A DNA stretch of 64,000 bases, from contig CAYHOF010000002.1 of the NCBI GenBank assembly GCA_964358315.1, forward strand, positions 10,738 through 74,737, read 5' to 3'. Both the position numbers and the translations under genes were made by a program. Below the pieces are notes generated by a model. It searched no databases and was not told where the DNA came from. It saw nothing but the letters and a program-made list of their open reading frames with translations. Numbering within the stretch: the first letter of the stretch is position 1; each line of letters begins with the position of its first letter. This DNA is from an uncultured Methanosarcinales archaeon. GTDB lineage: Archaea; Nanobdellota; Nanobdellia; Woesearchaeales; ARS49. Below, piece by piece: positions 17,230 to 27,200 of the stretch.

Positions 17230-18219
17230 TTAGCGTGGAAGAACGCCGTAGCGTTGTCCATAGCGTCGCGGCAATGAATCACATGCCTCACTATACAACT
17301 CTTTATCGACCTGTCTCAGCCACAGCAGCATTGCACCAACACATTCCGGCACAACAGGCAAGTTCCCTGTGATAACATCACACATATCCTGTGGTCTTGC
17401 AAGTGTCAGAACGCCATCATGGCAGCTTCCATCGCTCGCGGAGAACATTGAGTCATGAATCACGCTTGCGGGCAACAATATTTGAGACTGATAGTACGCT
17501 GCGACACCTGTTGTCCCTTCGACAAAGCCAAGAAGCGATGGGCTCAGGACAGGGATACCAAGTTCCTCATTGAGCTCACATGCGAGTGTCCTCGTTGATA
17601 GGGCAAGGAAATCGTTGGCGCGTGATTCACGCTCCGATCTGAACAACGCTGCAGGATCACCATCGACGAACCCACCGACGGCATGATAGCAACCCGCATA
17701 GGATGCCGTAGCGCTGCGACGAAACAGCAACAAGGAGCCAGAACTATCAAAGAGAAGAATGCCCACGCCAAACGGCCTGCTGAAGAAGGCAAGTGGATCG
17801 GCATACTGCTGCTCACCCGCATGGATAAGGCGATCATACAGAGCGTCATCCGTGTGAGCAGGTAATCCTGTCGCCGCCCGCTCGTGGTATATTGTGGGAC
17901 CGAACCTCAGGACAAGGTGGTGCTTCCCGCCCGCGCCATCAGAACAATCCCAGAATGAACGATGACCGTCAAAGCGAAGCTTCCGATCGTCATACCCGCC
18001 TTTGTTGATGAGCCCCGCACAGAGAGGAGCATGAACGCGCTCCTCCAAGGCGAGATCGAAATCGCGGGAAAGAGTCGGCGCTGCTGAAGGTGAAACAAAA
18101 GGCAAACATGATGCAACTTCAGGTAACACTGCCATAGCATTGCCCTTGACGACGTGGAGCGCATCGTAGTCTGCCATGGCTGCAATCATGTAAAGATGTT
18201 CCATACAGCATGACCTCAA
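17230..18219 (-). CDS. Nudix hydrolase-like protein with an uncharacterised N-terminal domain.
   Basis: It has a Nudix-box-like segment GGFVDG...RTLACELNEELGI. It lies immediately downstream of the Ski2-like helicase on the same strand. Confidence 0.5.
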   Translation of the reverse strand: MRSCCMEHLYMIAAMADYDALHVVKGNAMAVLPEVASCLPFVSPSAAPTLSRDFDLALEERVHAPLCAGLINKGGYDDRKLRFDGHRSFWDCSDGAGGKHHLVLRFGPTIYHERAATGLPAHTDDALYDRLIHAGEQQYADPLAFFSRPFGVGILLFDSSGSLLLFRRSATASYAGCYHAVGGFVDGDPAALFRSERESRANDFLALSTRTLACELNEELGIPVLSPSLLGFVEGTTGVAAYYQSQILLPASVIHDSMFSASDGSCHDGVLTLARPQDMCDVITGNLPVVPECVGAMLLWLRQVDKELYSEACDSLPRRYGQRYGVLPR

Positions 18220-18243
18220 AAAACCCTTAAAAAGCGTTCCGGA

Positions 18244-20154
18244 CTACAGGTTCACTTTGACGATGTCGCGATCCACGCGTTCCATTGCGCGGAAGATCCT
18301 TTCACGGAGATCCTCGCTGTGCGTGGCGTGGCGGATCTGGCGCAGCAGGTCGATCATGCGGCGGAAGAGGTGGACGATGTCGCCTTCCTGCACGTCGGTG
18401 AGGGCGAGCAGTTCGTCAAAGGTTGCGCCATTGCTCCAGCGCGACACGATGCCGGCGAGCTTGCGCAGCGCCATCTTGTCGAGTTCTTTGAGCACGATCG
18501 GGTTGCGGTCGAGGTTTGCGAGGATGGGCTTGACGATCGCGTCCGATCCTTTGAGCGAGTACTTGTCCTGCCTGCGTTCTTCGTAGATGATGGCTGCCGC
18601 GACGACGAGGATCTGCTCTTCGGTGAGTTCTTGCCACAGGTCGGTCGAGAAGATCTCGCCGACCAGGATCTCGTAGGAGTAGATGCTGAGCAGGAAGTGG
18701 CCGCGTTCGGTGATGCTGTTGTCCTCGTTGAGATAGCCGAGCTTCTTGAGCATTCTGAGCTTGTTGTTGTAGGCTGCCATGATGCGGATGTGGCCTTTCT
18801 CCTGTTTGCGGATGAAGTAGTCGAAGTTGCTCTTGAGGATGACCTCGACCTCTTCGGAGTTGTGCTGGCTGACGAGGTGCAGTGCCGTGTTGTAGGACAT
18901 GCGGAACTGGGAGATGATGGGCTCGGTGTCTGCGGACGTGAAGCGTTTGATGCGCTCAAGGTCCGCGGACTGGCGGTCGATGACGCCGATCGCGAACCCT
19001 TCCTTGTCGATGCCACGACGCCCTGCGCGACCTGCAAGTTGGAAGTATTCCTTGCTGTTGAGGTAGCGGAAGTTCATGCCGTCGTACTTCTCGAGCGAAT
19101 TGAACACTGTGGCGCGCGCAGGCAGGTTGAGGCCGACCGCGAACGTCTCTGTCGTGAAGAGCACATAGATCAGGCCGTCGGCAAAGAGCAGCTCGACCGC
19201 TTCCTTGATCGAGGGCAAGAGGCCTGCATGATGCACACCGATGCCTTTGGAGCACCACTCGCGCACTTTGCGGACGCTATCAAGCGATTTCTGATCCTCC
19301 GGGATGACGTCACGGAACCTGTTCTGCACCTTGATGCGCTGTTCTGCGCTGAGGAAGTTGAAACTCTTGGCGAGATAGCCTGCCTGGCGTTCGCAGTCCA
19401 TGCGGCTGAAGATGAAGTACAGGCACGGCAGCCAGCTGCGCGCCTTGAGGTCGCCCACGATCTGCTCAGGCCGGGGTTTCTGCACGCGTTCCTGCCTGCG
19501 ATTGTAGATGTTGCCGCCATGACGGTGGTGTTTCATCGACGTGGCGAGCTCATCAAGCGTCGTGATGCCTTCCTCCGCGTCATAGACAAGATGCGTGAGC
19601 GGCACCGCGCGCTTGTCGAAACGCACGACGTCGACAGGATGGTCCTTGATGCTGCTGATCCATGCCGCGAACTGCACCGCGTTCGGGATGGTCGCACTCA
19701 GGCACAAGAAACGCACGAATTTGGGCGAGAAGATGACGCTCTCCTCCCAGATCGTGCCGCGCTCGATGTCCGAGATGAAGTGGATCTCGTCGAAGATGAC
19801 GTGTGAGACCGTGCCGATGAGCTCGTCGCGCGCGAGCAGCATGTTGCGGTAGATCTCGGTCGTCATGATCAGGATCTGCGCGCTCGTGTTGACCTGCACG
19901 TCGCCCGTGATCAGGCCGATCGCGTCCTTGCCATAGCGTCCTGTGAAGTCGCGGTACTTCTGGTTGCTGAGCGCCTTGATGGGCGCGGTGTAGATGACGC
20001 GCTTGCCCAGCTTGATGTTCTTGTCGATCACGTAATCGGCGATGAGCGTCTTGCCAGTGCCTGTCGCGGCAGAGACCACGACGCTGTTGCCTTTCTCGAT
20101 GCTCGCGATCGCCTCGACCTGGAACGGGTCGAGCGTGAACCCTTGGAATTGCAT
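18244..20154 (-). CDS. Ski2/Mtr4-like superfamily 2 RNA helicase with a C-terminal DSHCT domain. It has no arch insertion.
   Basis: Motifs are AATGTGKT (I), DEIH (II), SAT (III) and LAGRAGRRG (VI). The C-terminus (RWSNGATFDELLALTDVQEGDIVHLFRRMIDLLRQI ... RDIVKVNL) closely parallels the Mtr4/Ski2 DSHCT. Confidence 0.8.
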   Translation of the reverse strand: MQFQGFTLDPFQVEAIASIEKGNSVVVSAATGTGKTLIADYVIDKNIKLGKRVIYTAPIKALSNQKYRDFTGRYGKDAIGLITGDVQVNTSAQILIMTTEIYRNMLLARDELIGTVSHVIFDEIHFISDIERGTIWEESVIFSPKFVRFLCLSATIPNAVQFAAWISSIKDHPVDVVRFDKRAVPLTHLVYDAEEGITTLDELATSMKHHRHGGNIYNRRQERVQKPRPEQIVGDLKARSWLPCLYFIFSRMDCERQAGYLAKSFNFLSAEQRIKVQNRFRDVIPEDQKSLDSVRKVREWCSKGIGVHHAGLLPSIKEAVELLFADGLIYVLFTTETFAVGLNLPARATVFNSLEKYDGMNFRYLNSKEYFQLAGRAGRRGIDKEGFAIGVIDRQSADLERIKRFTSADTEPIISQFRMSYNTALHLVSQHNSEEVEVILKSNFDYFIRKQEKGHIRIMAAYNNKLRMLKKLGYLNEDNSITERGHFLLSIYSYEILVGEIFSTDLWQELTEEQILVVAAAIIYEERRQDKYSLKGSDAIVKPILANLDRNPIVLKELDKMALRKLAGIVSRWSNGATFDELLALTDVQEGDIVHLFRRMIDLLRQIRHATHSEDLRERIFRAMERVDRDIVKVNL

Positions 20155-20274
20155 GGCGGGAACAACTATGATGGGCTTTAATAATGTTCAGACAATGCTA
20201 TTTGGAAATAATGGCTACTTAATAGTGACAGTAATACATAATGTTTATATATGTAGAGAAGGCAAAACGAGATC

Positions 20275-21024
20275 ATGGAACAGAGCTTGGAACGAACAGT
20301 ACAACGCGCCCAAGAATCACACGTTGCGCCAGACCAACGCACATTCACAGTAGAACAAGCGATCAGCATCATCAACGAAGCAGAAGCGCTCCAACGTTTC
20401 GATAAGGATGTACAGGATGAGCATCGACTGCATCTTGAGGGCACGCTGGCGACAACGCCGATGTCGCGCGACGATCTCACGACGCTGGCGCAAAAAGCGG
20501 GCGTTGCCGCACACTACACCGATCGCGTGCTTGACAAGCGATATCCATCATTCGAAGAACAGATGAATGATCTTCGTATGCTTGGCTCAAACCTGAACAG
20601 TGATGTTCGCATGAAGACGTATTTAGATGCGGTCCGAACTATGTTCGGACAAGTCCACCAGCAAGCCTTCCCTCAAGGGCAAGAAACGTTAGAGGTAACA
20701 CGTGATTACGGTAATGGACGAGAGTTTTCACGATGCATACAAACAAGTGTCGAACGTGTTATCCGGCCAGGCATGATTGCGCGCTGGTGCGGCGCAAAGC
20801 TAACAAAAGTCAATGAAGTCCACAAGAAGTACATAGAAGCTGCAACAGTAGCAGTGTTTAGTACGCCTAATATGTGCCAAATAACACTACACGACCCTGT
20901 GTTCACCAAGCTCATCGCAGCACCACTTGCCGAACTTAATCGCGATGTGGCGAAATATTTTTCTGCCATCAACGTGACGCATAAATACGTACCCGGTAAC
21001 AGTCTCGAAGGCTTGAAACTCTAG
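20275..21024 (+). CDS. Hypothetical protein (249 aa) with GC lower than its surroundings.
   Basis: ORF with a leaderless-type promoter (TTTATATATG at about 20244-20253). Confidence 0.45.
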   Translation: MEQSLERTVQRAQESHVAPDQRTFTVEQAISIINEAEALQRFDKDVQDEHRLHLEGTLATTPMSRDDLTTLAQKAGVAAHYTDRVLDKRYPSFEEQMNDLRMLGSNLNSDVRMKTYLDAVRTMFGQVHQQAFPQGQETLEVTRDYGNGREFSRCIQTSVERVIRPGMIARWCGAKLTKVNEVHKKYIEAATVAVFSTPNMCQITLHDPVFTKLIAAPLAELNRDVAKYFSAINVTHKYVPGNSLEGLKL

Positions 21025-21026
21025 TC

Positions 21027-21497
21027 TCAATACAGAATCCCGACGACAACGCCACTGATCGTCTCAAAGCGGACAGGGTCCGTGTCTGGTTCTTGGTTGT
21101 TGTCGCCTTTGGTGGTCGCGTACCATCCTTGTGCGTCCTCGCCTACTGCAATGACCCTGTGGATGATGACAATGCCGCCTCTCCTGTAGGAGATGATGTC
21201 GCCCGCGTTGATGTCGTCTATGCTTGCGGGCGGCAGTTCGAGCGAGACCGTGTTCTTGTTGAGGGTGGGCTCCATCGAGTGTGTGTCTTGCACGCGTGCG
21301 AAGACAAGGCCGCTGCGGTTGATGACGGCACGGTCTGAGAACACCTTGATGTCCGCCATGCTAAGATGGTCTGCTGGCGTGTCGAGCGCAATTGCTGCGT
21401 CCGCGAAAGGAAAACGGCTCTCGTCCGGCTGCAGCGTGAAGGGCACAAGGCCTACGCACAACAGTGCCACTGCTAGATACCCCTTTTTCATACCCAC
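21027..21497 (-). CDS. Signal peptidase I (archaeal/ER type, S26B).
   Basis: It has an N-terminal TM anchor, the SMEPTL motif and the GDNN region. Confidence 0.7.
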   Translation of the reverse strand: MGMKKGYLAVALLCVGLVPFTLQPDESRFPFADAAIALDTPADHLSMADIKVFSDRAVINRSGLVFARVQDTHSMEPTLNKNTVSLELPPASIDDINAGDIISYRRGGIVIIHRVIAVGEDAQGWYATTKGDNNQEPDTDPVRFETISGVVVGILY

Positions 21498-21638
21498 TAA
21501 CCCCAGGAATGGAAACGTATCCTCTCCTTATATGGCTTGTGTTCGTTGTCGACACAAAACAACAACGAGAATTAAGAGCGACCACACCAGTATACGTTTT
21601 ACTAACATTTATATACTGAATATGTCTCAAGAAAAAGC

Positions 21639-24077
21639 ATGCGTCGGGTTGTCGTCGTCCTGTCTTTGCTGCTCGCACTAGCATCGTCTGTCCTTGCCGC
21701 GCCTGCGACAGTCACTATCTCTCCTGTGTCGCTGTATGAGACCACGCAACGGCCCTTCACGCTCACCATCGACAACGACAACATCGGTGCGCAGGCGATC
21801 ACTGCAGTGGACATCACGACGCCCAACATGACCATCGATGCCGTGCGTCCGCTCAGTGGCTGGAGCGAGAACCACACGACGACCACGATCCGCTGGTCTG
21901 ATGGCGTTGTCGCAGAAGGCGCACTGCAGCGGCTGTACTACAACGCGAGTGCGGCCATCGTCACGGCAGACCAGACCATCACGATTCCGGTCATCGCAAC
22001 CACAGCTGGCGGCACGCAGAACACCGATGTCCAGATCACGATCCTCAACGATCCAAGCACGCCGAGCGTGACGTCGAACTTCCCGCAAGACGGCTCCTAC
22101 ATCCGCGAAGGCAAGACCGACCAGCGCGTCTTCGTCGACGCGCAGGACCCGCAGACCGGTGTCAAGAACGCGGACTTCTCCTACTGGGATTGCGCGAGCA
22201 ACACCAGCCACACGAACGTGGCGCTCACGTGCACCGCAGGCGTGTGCGAAACGATTCTCGACGTCTCGTCGTTCGATGAAGGCGACCGGATGTGCTTCGA
22301 ATTCCTCGTCTACAACAACGCGCTCGACGCGACCAACCTCTCCGGCAGCGCGGGCTTTGATGGCACCGCGCCCGCAATCGACGTCATCGCGCCCGCCGAC
22401 GGAGCGTATGGCGCCAACAACACTATCTTCACGTACAATGCGAGCGACAACCTCGCACCTACACTCTCCTGCGACCTGCTGCTGGATGGCACGATCATCG
22501 ATTCGGTGACGGCGACAAACGCCGCCATCACCACGACCACCTACGATATGTCATCGGCATCTGAAGGCACGCACGCGTGGAACCTGCAGTGCACTGACTG
22601 GGTCGGCTGGCTCACGGCGTCAGGCACGCGCAGCATCATCGTGGACAAGACGCCGCCGACCATCACGCTCAATAGTCCTGCGAACGGATCGACCATCCCC
22701 GACGGCATGATTATCGATATCTCGGTGATGGATAACTACGAAGTTGACACCGTGACCTATAGTGCCAGCCGCAATGCGTCCGACTTGCCTGAAGGCCTCA
22801 ACACGCTCACCGTGACCGCGACAGACAAAGCAGGCAACGTTGCGACAATCGGTTACGCATTCACTGTCGATCGGACCGCGCCGACCGTCACGCTCATCGC
22901 GCCGGCAGACAACAGCACGGTGGATGTCGCGCTGGGCTTCGAGTTCAGCGCCACTGACGCATTCGACACGTCACCGACCTGCACGCTCAGCGCTGATGGC
23001 AGCGCGCTCGCGACACAGGATGTCACGAACGGCACGCCGACCAACATCACGCAGACGCTCCCTATCGCGATCCACACATGGCAGGTGTCGTGCACAGACG
23101 ATGCAGGCAATGTCGGGACGAGTACATCCTGGACCGTCAACGTCACCGACCTCAGAGGGCCGACCATCATCTCTGACGTGGTCTACGTGGCACGCACCGA
23201 GGAATTCCCCTTCAGCGCAACGATCACCGACCCGAGTGGCGTGGCGAGCGCTGGTGCCGCGGTCGACGGATCGGCCATCACGTTCAGTGGCGTGAGCCCG
23301 ACTTACAGCGGCTCGATCCTGATGGATATCGGCACGCCGCTTGGCAGCCACGACCTCACGCTCGACGCGACAGACACGTACGGCAACCCGGGCGTGCTTG
23401 TCGATGCGTTCACGCTCATCCAAGGCTACACCATCACACTCAGCGCCAGTCCTGCTTCTGTCCTGCCAGGCGAGAGCGTCACGGTCGCTGGCACGGTCGT
23501 GCTTGACGATGGCGCTGCGGCGCCAGAACAGTCCCTCCTGCTCTTCCTGCCGGGCGAGACGGTGAACATCTCCATCGTCAACGGCACGTTCAGCACGTCG
23601 TTGAGCGCGCCAGGCGCAGGCACGTACACGATCGTTGCGTCCATCATCTCGTCCGAAGGCTTCGCACACAACAAGACGACGACGCTCACTGTCAACAACC
23701 CGCCTGCGCCAAGCGGTGGTGGCGGAGGCGGCGGTGGCCGTCGCAACAGCGGGTCGTCTGGTGTTGTGCAACCTCCTGCGCCGCAGGAGACTCCGCGCGT
23801 CAACCCTGCGCCGCTCTTGCCAGACGAGGATGAAGACAAGCCAGAGGAAGATGACGACAGCGGCAAGACTGAAGATACTGATGCAGGCGAAGTGATTCCT
23901 GAGGACGAGCCGCGCGTGCCCCTCGGCGTGGGTGCGTCCACGTCCTGGTTCGACAACGTGGTCGGCAATGTCTGGGCATGGCTCCTGCTCATCATCATCG
24001 CGATAGCGCTGGGCATCGCGGCCTTCAAGCGCAAGAAGAAGGACAACATCGACTGGGACGGCTATTTCGAGAAGTAG
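21639..24077 (+). CDS. Large secreted surface (S-layer-like) protein with tandem Ig-like beta domains. It has a Gly8/Pro-rich and acidic stalk and a C-terminal TM anchor with a KRKKKD tail.
   Basis: It has a signal peptide (MRRVVVVLSLLLALASSVLAAPA), repeated Thr/Asn-rich beta-rich modules, GGGGGGGG, and a DEDEDKPEEDDD stalk. The C-terminus reads WAWLLLIIIAIALGIAAFKRKKKD. Confidence 0.65.
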   Translation: MRRVVVVLSLLLALASSVLAAPATVTISPVSLYETTQRPFTLTIDNDNIGAQAITAVDITTPNMTIDAVRPLSGWSENHTTTTIRWSDGVVAEGALQRLYYNASAAIVTADQTITIPVIATTAGGTQNTDVQITILNDPSTPSVTSNFPQDGSYIREGKTDQRVFVDAQDPQTGVKNADFSYWDCASNTSHTNVALTCTAGVCETILDVSSFDEGDRMCFEFLVYNNALDATNLSGSAGFDGTAPAIDVIAPADGAYGANNTIFTYNASDNLAPTLSCDLLLDGTIIDSVTATNAAITTTTYDMSSASEGTHAWNLQCTDWVGWLTASGTRSIIVDKTPPTITLNSPANGSTIPDGMIIDISVMDNYEVDTVTYSASRNASDLPEGLNTLTVTATDKAGNVATIGYAFTVDRTAPTVTLIAPADNSTVDVALGFEFSATDAFDTSPTCTLSADGSALATQDVTNGTPTNITQTLPIAIHTWQVSCTDDAGNVGTSTSWTVNVTDLRGPTIISDVVYVARTEEFPFSATITDPSGVASAGAAVDGSAITFSGVSPTYSGSILMDIGTPLGSHDLTLDATDTYGNPGVLVDAFTLIQGYTITLSASPASVLPGESVTVAGTVVLDDGAAAPEQSLLLFLPGETVNISIVNGTFSTSLSAPGAGTYTIVASIISSEGFAHNKTTTLTVNNPPAPSGGGGGGGGRRNSGSSGVVQPPAPQETPRVNPAPLLPDEDEDKPEEDDDSGKTEDTDAGEVIPEDEPRVPLGVGASTSWFDNVVGNVWAWLLLIIIAIALGIAAFKRKKKDNIDWDGYFEK

Positions 24078-24893
24078 ATGGTATTCGAACAATTCCTCGA
24101 GGTCGACCGCGTCAAGCGGCACGTGCTCTCGATAGCAGGCCTTGGCGTGCTGTACGTGGGCGTGAGCTTCCTTGTGGCAGCGTACTTCTTCGGTCGTGAC
24201 GTGTCTGTGGCCATGCTCTTCTCGATCACCATCCTGCTCCTGCCCTCTGCGCACGCGCTCGTCGCGTCCGAGGAGAAGATCGAGCGGCGCACAGGCACGC
24301 GGCACTTCTTGCGCAACCACAAGGACATCTTCCGCACCTACCTCCTCTTGTTCGTCGGCATCCTGGTCGCGTACATCGCGCTGGGCCTCGTGTTCGGTGA
24401 CGGCATCTTCACCTACCAGCTCGGTTTCCTGGGCGCACGCGGTGACATAACAGGCGACATTGCGGCAAATGCGCGCGGACACGTGCCCACGCCGGGCTCC
24501 GTGCTTGGCGTGGCGACGCAGAACGCCATCGTGATCATCATCGGCTTCGTCCTTTCGTTGTTCTTCGGCGCAGGCGCGCTGTTCCTCATCACCCTCAACG
24601 CCTCGGTCTTCGCCGCATTCGTGGTGCACGTGAGCAGGCAGGTCGCGAACCCTGCAGGCATCATAGGATTGTTCCTCATCCACACGATCCCTGAGATGGC
24701 AGGGTTCCTTGTCGCATCCATCGCAGGCGGCGTCGTCTCGCGCGCCATCATGAAGGAACGTCTTGGGAGCGATAAGTTCCGCAACGTGATGAAGGACGCG
24801 CTCGTGCTCCTCGCCATCGCCGTGGGCATCATCATCATCGCCGCAGTGCTCGAACAGTATGGCACCGCCCCCCTCGTCAAGTACGTGGTCTGA
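24078..24893 (+). CDS. SpoIIM/DUF95 family membrane protein.
   Basis: It has 6 TM helices and the pattern typical of DUF95. A paralog lies at 51459..52292. Confidence 0.55.
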   Translation: MVFEQFLEVDRVKRHVLSIAGLGVLYVGVSFLVAAYFFGRDVSVAMLFSITILLLPSAHALVASEEKIERRTGTRHFLRNHKDIFRTYLLLFVGILVAYIALGLVFGDGIFTYQLGFLGARGDITGDIAANARGHVPTPGSVLGVATQNAIVIIIGFVLSLFFGAGALFLITLNASVFAAFVVHVSRQVANPAGIIGLFLIHTIPEMAGFLVASIAGGVVSRAIMKERLGSDKFRNVMKDALVLLAIAVGIIIIAAVLEQYGTAPLVKYVV

Positions 24894-24923
24894 GCACTCC
24901 CCACTCGACATCTCACCGCGACG

Positions 24924-24931
24924 TTTTTAAG
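24924..24931 (+). promoter_or_regulatory. TATA box (TTTTTAAG) about 26 nt upstream of the leaderless ATG of hef.
   Basis: Position read directly from the sequence. Confidence 0.45.
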
Positions 24932-24953
24932 CAGGATTTAGCACCCTTGCTGC

Positions 24954-27200
24954 ATGACCACCGTGACGTTCGCGGCTGTGAGGGACATCACGCCGCGGCT
25001 CTATCAGGAGATCATCCTTGCCACGTGTGTCAAGAAGAACACGCTCGTGGTGCTACCCACAGGCATGGGCAAGACCGCGATCGCGCTCCTGCTCGCGCTG
25101 CACCGCATGCAAACACATCCTGGCTCGAAGGTGCTGTTCCTCGCGCCGACAAAGCCGCTCTGTGAGCAGCACATCAGCACGTTCCGCAGGCATCTGGACG
25201 CGCCCGATGACATGTTCTCGCTCTTCACCGGCAGCGTGCCGCCGGCCAAGCGCGCAGCGCAATGGAAAACAGCACAATTCATCTTTTCCACGCCACAAGG
25301 ACTCGAGAACGACATCATGGGCAGCAGCATCAGTCTCGAGGACTGCTCGCTGATCATCTTCGACGAGGCGCATCGTGCGACCGGCGACTACAGCTATGTC
25401 TTTCTCGCGCAACAGTACAACACGCGCGCGAAATTCCCGCACATCCTCGCGTTGACAGCGTCGCCAGGTAGCGAGGTGGAGAAAGTCATGGAGGTGTGCA
25501 CCAACCTCAAGATCGAACAAGTGGAGGTGCGCACGCCCGACGATCCTGACGTGCAGCCCTACGTACAGGAAGTGGACATCCGACCCATCCGCGTGCAGCT
25601 CACGCCAGACATGGAAGCCATACGGAAACTGCTCATCGCGTGCATGCGTTCCAAAGTGGAGGAGTTGCGTAAGGCAGGCCTCACCAAGCTCTCGTTGAAC
25701 CTCTCGAAGCGCGAACTGCTGGGCATGCAAGCAGAATTGCGTGCCAAGATGACGTCAGGCGAGCATGATTATGACACGATGCGCGCGATCTCGGTCGGCG
25801 CGGAAGCGATGAAGGTGCAGCACGCGCTCGAACTGCTCGAATCGCAAGGGCTCTCGCCGCTCATGGAATATTTCGCGAAGCTGCGCGCCGAAGCCGCCGC
25901 CGGACAGAGCAAGGCCGTCAAGAATCTCATGGTCGACGAACACTGGAAGGGCGCGGACATCAAGACGCAACATCTCGCCGACACTGGCGTCGAACACCCT
26001 AAGGTCGAGAAGGTGCAGGAGATCTGCAAGGCCATGGTCGCGGCCAACCCGAAGGCGAAGATCATCGTGTTCACGCAGTACCGCGACACCGCATCCAAAC
26101 TCAAACAAGTGCTTAGTAGCGCGCCAGGCGTGCTTCCCGAAGTGTTCGTCGGCCAGCAAAAAAAGAAAGGCATCGGTTTGTCACAGAAACAGCAGGTCGA
26201 GTTGTTGCAACAGTTCGGCGACGGCCTCTTCAACGTGCTGCTTGCCACGTGCGTCGCCGAAGAAGGCCTTGACATCCCCACCGTCGACTTGGTGCTCTTC
26301 TACGAGCCTGTGCCAAGCGCTATCAGAACAATCCAGCGCCGCGGCCGGACCGGACGACACGAGGCAGGCAAGGTCATGACGCTCATCACGCAAGGCACGC
26401 GCGACGAAGCGTTCGCTGCAAGCGCGAAATACAAGGAACGCAATATGAACGTCATCCTGCAGGACTTGCGCGCCACGCTCAACAAGAAGTTGCTCCAGCA
26501 ACCACAAGCCACGCTCGCGCGCTACGAGAACACGCAACCCCGGATGACCAAGACCGGTCCGAAGATCTACATCGACTACCGTGAGAAAGCCAGCGGCACG
26601 GCCAAAGAGCTGCTTGAGCGCGGCGCACAGATCACGCTCGAGATGCTGCACGTGGGCGACTATATCGTGAGCGAACGATGCGGCATCGAGTTCAAGACGC
26701 AGGACGACTTCCTTGGCAGTATGATCGACGGACGTTTGCTCGAACAGCTCAAGCACCTGCGCAAAGGGTACGAGCGACCGCTCATCATCGTCGAGGGGGA
26801 CAAGGACTTGTACACATTGCGCAACATCCATCCCAACGCCATCCGCGGCATGCTGGCAGCCATCACCGTCACGTACGGCATACCTATGCTGTGGAGCAAG
26901 ACGCCCATCGAGACCGCGCAGCTCATCATGACGATCGCAGAACGCGAACAGAACGAAACGACGAACAGTTTCTCGCCGCACGCGAACCGCAAACCACTTA
27001 CACTTGCACAGCAACAAGAGTACATCGTCAGTGCATTGCCACAAGTGGGCTTGCAACTCGCGCAGGAACTGCTCAAGAAGTTCGGCAGCGTGCAAGCAGT
27101 GCTGAACGCAAGCATCGACGACCTCAAAGCGGTGGAAGGCGTTGGCGACAAGAAAGCGTCGGTGATAATCGATATCGCGAGGAGCAAGTATGGCAATTGA
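24954..27200 (+). CDS. hef: Hef helicase-nuclease (XPF/FANCM family). It has an SF2 helicase domain, an ERCC4 nuclease domain and a C-terminal (HhH)2.
   Basis: Motifs are PTGMGKT, DEAHRATG and QRRGRTGR. The ERCC4 motif is YIDYREK...GDY...ERK...D. A C-terminal HhH pair is also present. Confidence 0.85.
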   Translation: MTTVTFAAVRDITPRLYQEIILATCVKKNTLVVLPTGMGKTAIALLLALHRMQTHPGSKVLFLAPTKPLCEQHISTFRRHLDAPDDMFSLFTGSVPPAKRAAQWKTAQFIFSTPQGLENDIMGSSISLEDCSLIIFDEAHRATGDYSYVFLAQQYNTRAKFPHILALTASPGSEVEKVMEVCTNLKIEQVEVRTPDDPDVQPYVQEVDIRPIRVQLTPDMEAIRKLLIACMRSKVEELRKAGLTKLSLNLSKRELLGMQAELRAKMTSGEHDYDTMRAISVGAEAMKVQHALELLESQGLSPLMEYFAKLRAEAAAGQSKAVKNLMVDEHWKGADIKTQHLADTGVEHPKVEKVQEICKAMVAANPKAKIIVFTQYRDTASKLKQVLSSAPGVLPEVFVGQQKKKGIGLSQKQQVELLQQFGDGLFNVLLATCVAEEGLDIPTVDLVLFYEPVPSAIRTIQRRGRTGRHEAGKVMTLITQGTRDEAFAASAKYKERNMNVILQDLRATLNKKLLQQPQATLARYENTQPRMTKTGPKIYIDYREKASGTAKELLERGAQITLEMLHVGDYIVSERCGIEFKTQDDFLGSMIDGRLLEQLKHLRKGYERPLIIVEGDKDLYTLRNIHPNAIRGMLAAITVTYGIPMLWSKTPIETAQLIMTIAEREQNETTNSFSPHANRKPLTLAQQQEYIVSALPQVGLQLAQELLKKFGSVQAVLNASIDDLKAVEGVGDKKASVIIDIARSKYGN

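Noticed and set aside
23695-23760. The poly-Gly run (GGGGGGGG) within the surface protein, considered as a frameshift or assembly artefact.
   Set aside because: The reading frame continues with sensible sequence on both sides (a Pro-rich hinge and then an acidic stalk). This is typical of linker regions in surface proteins.
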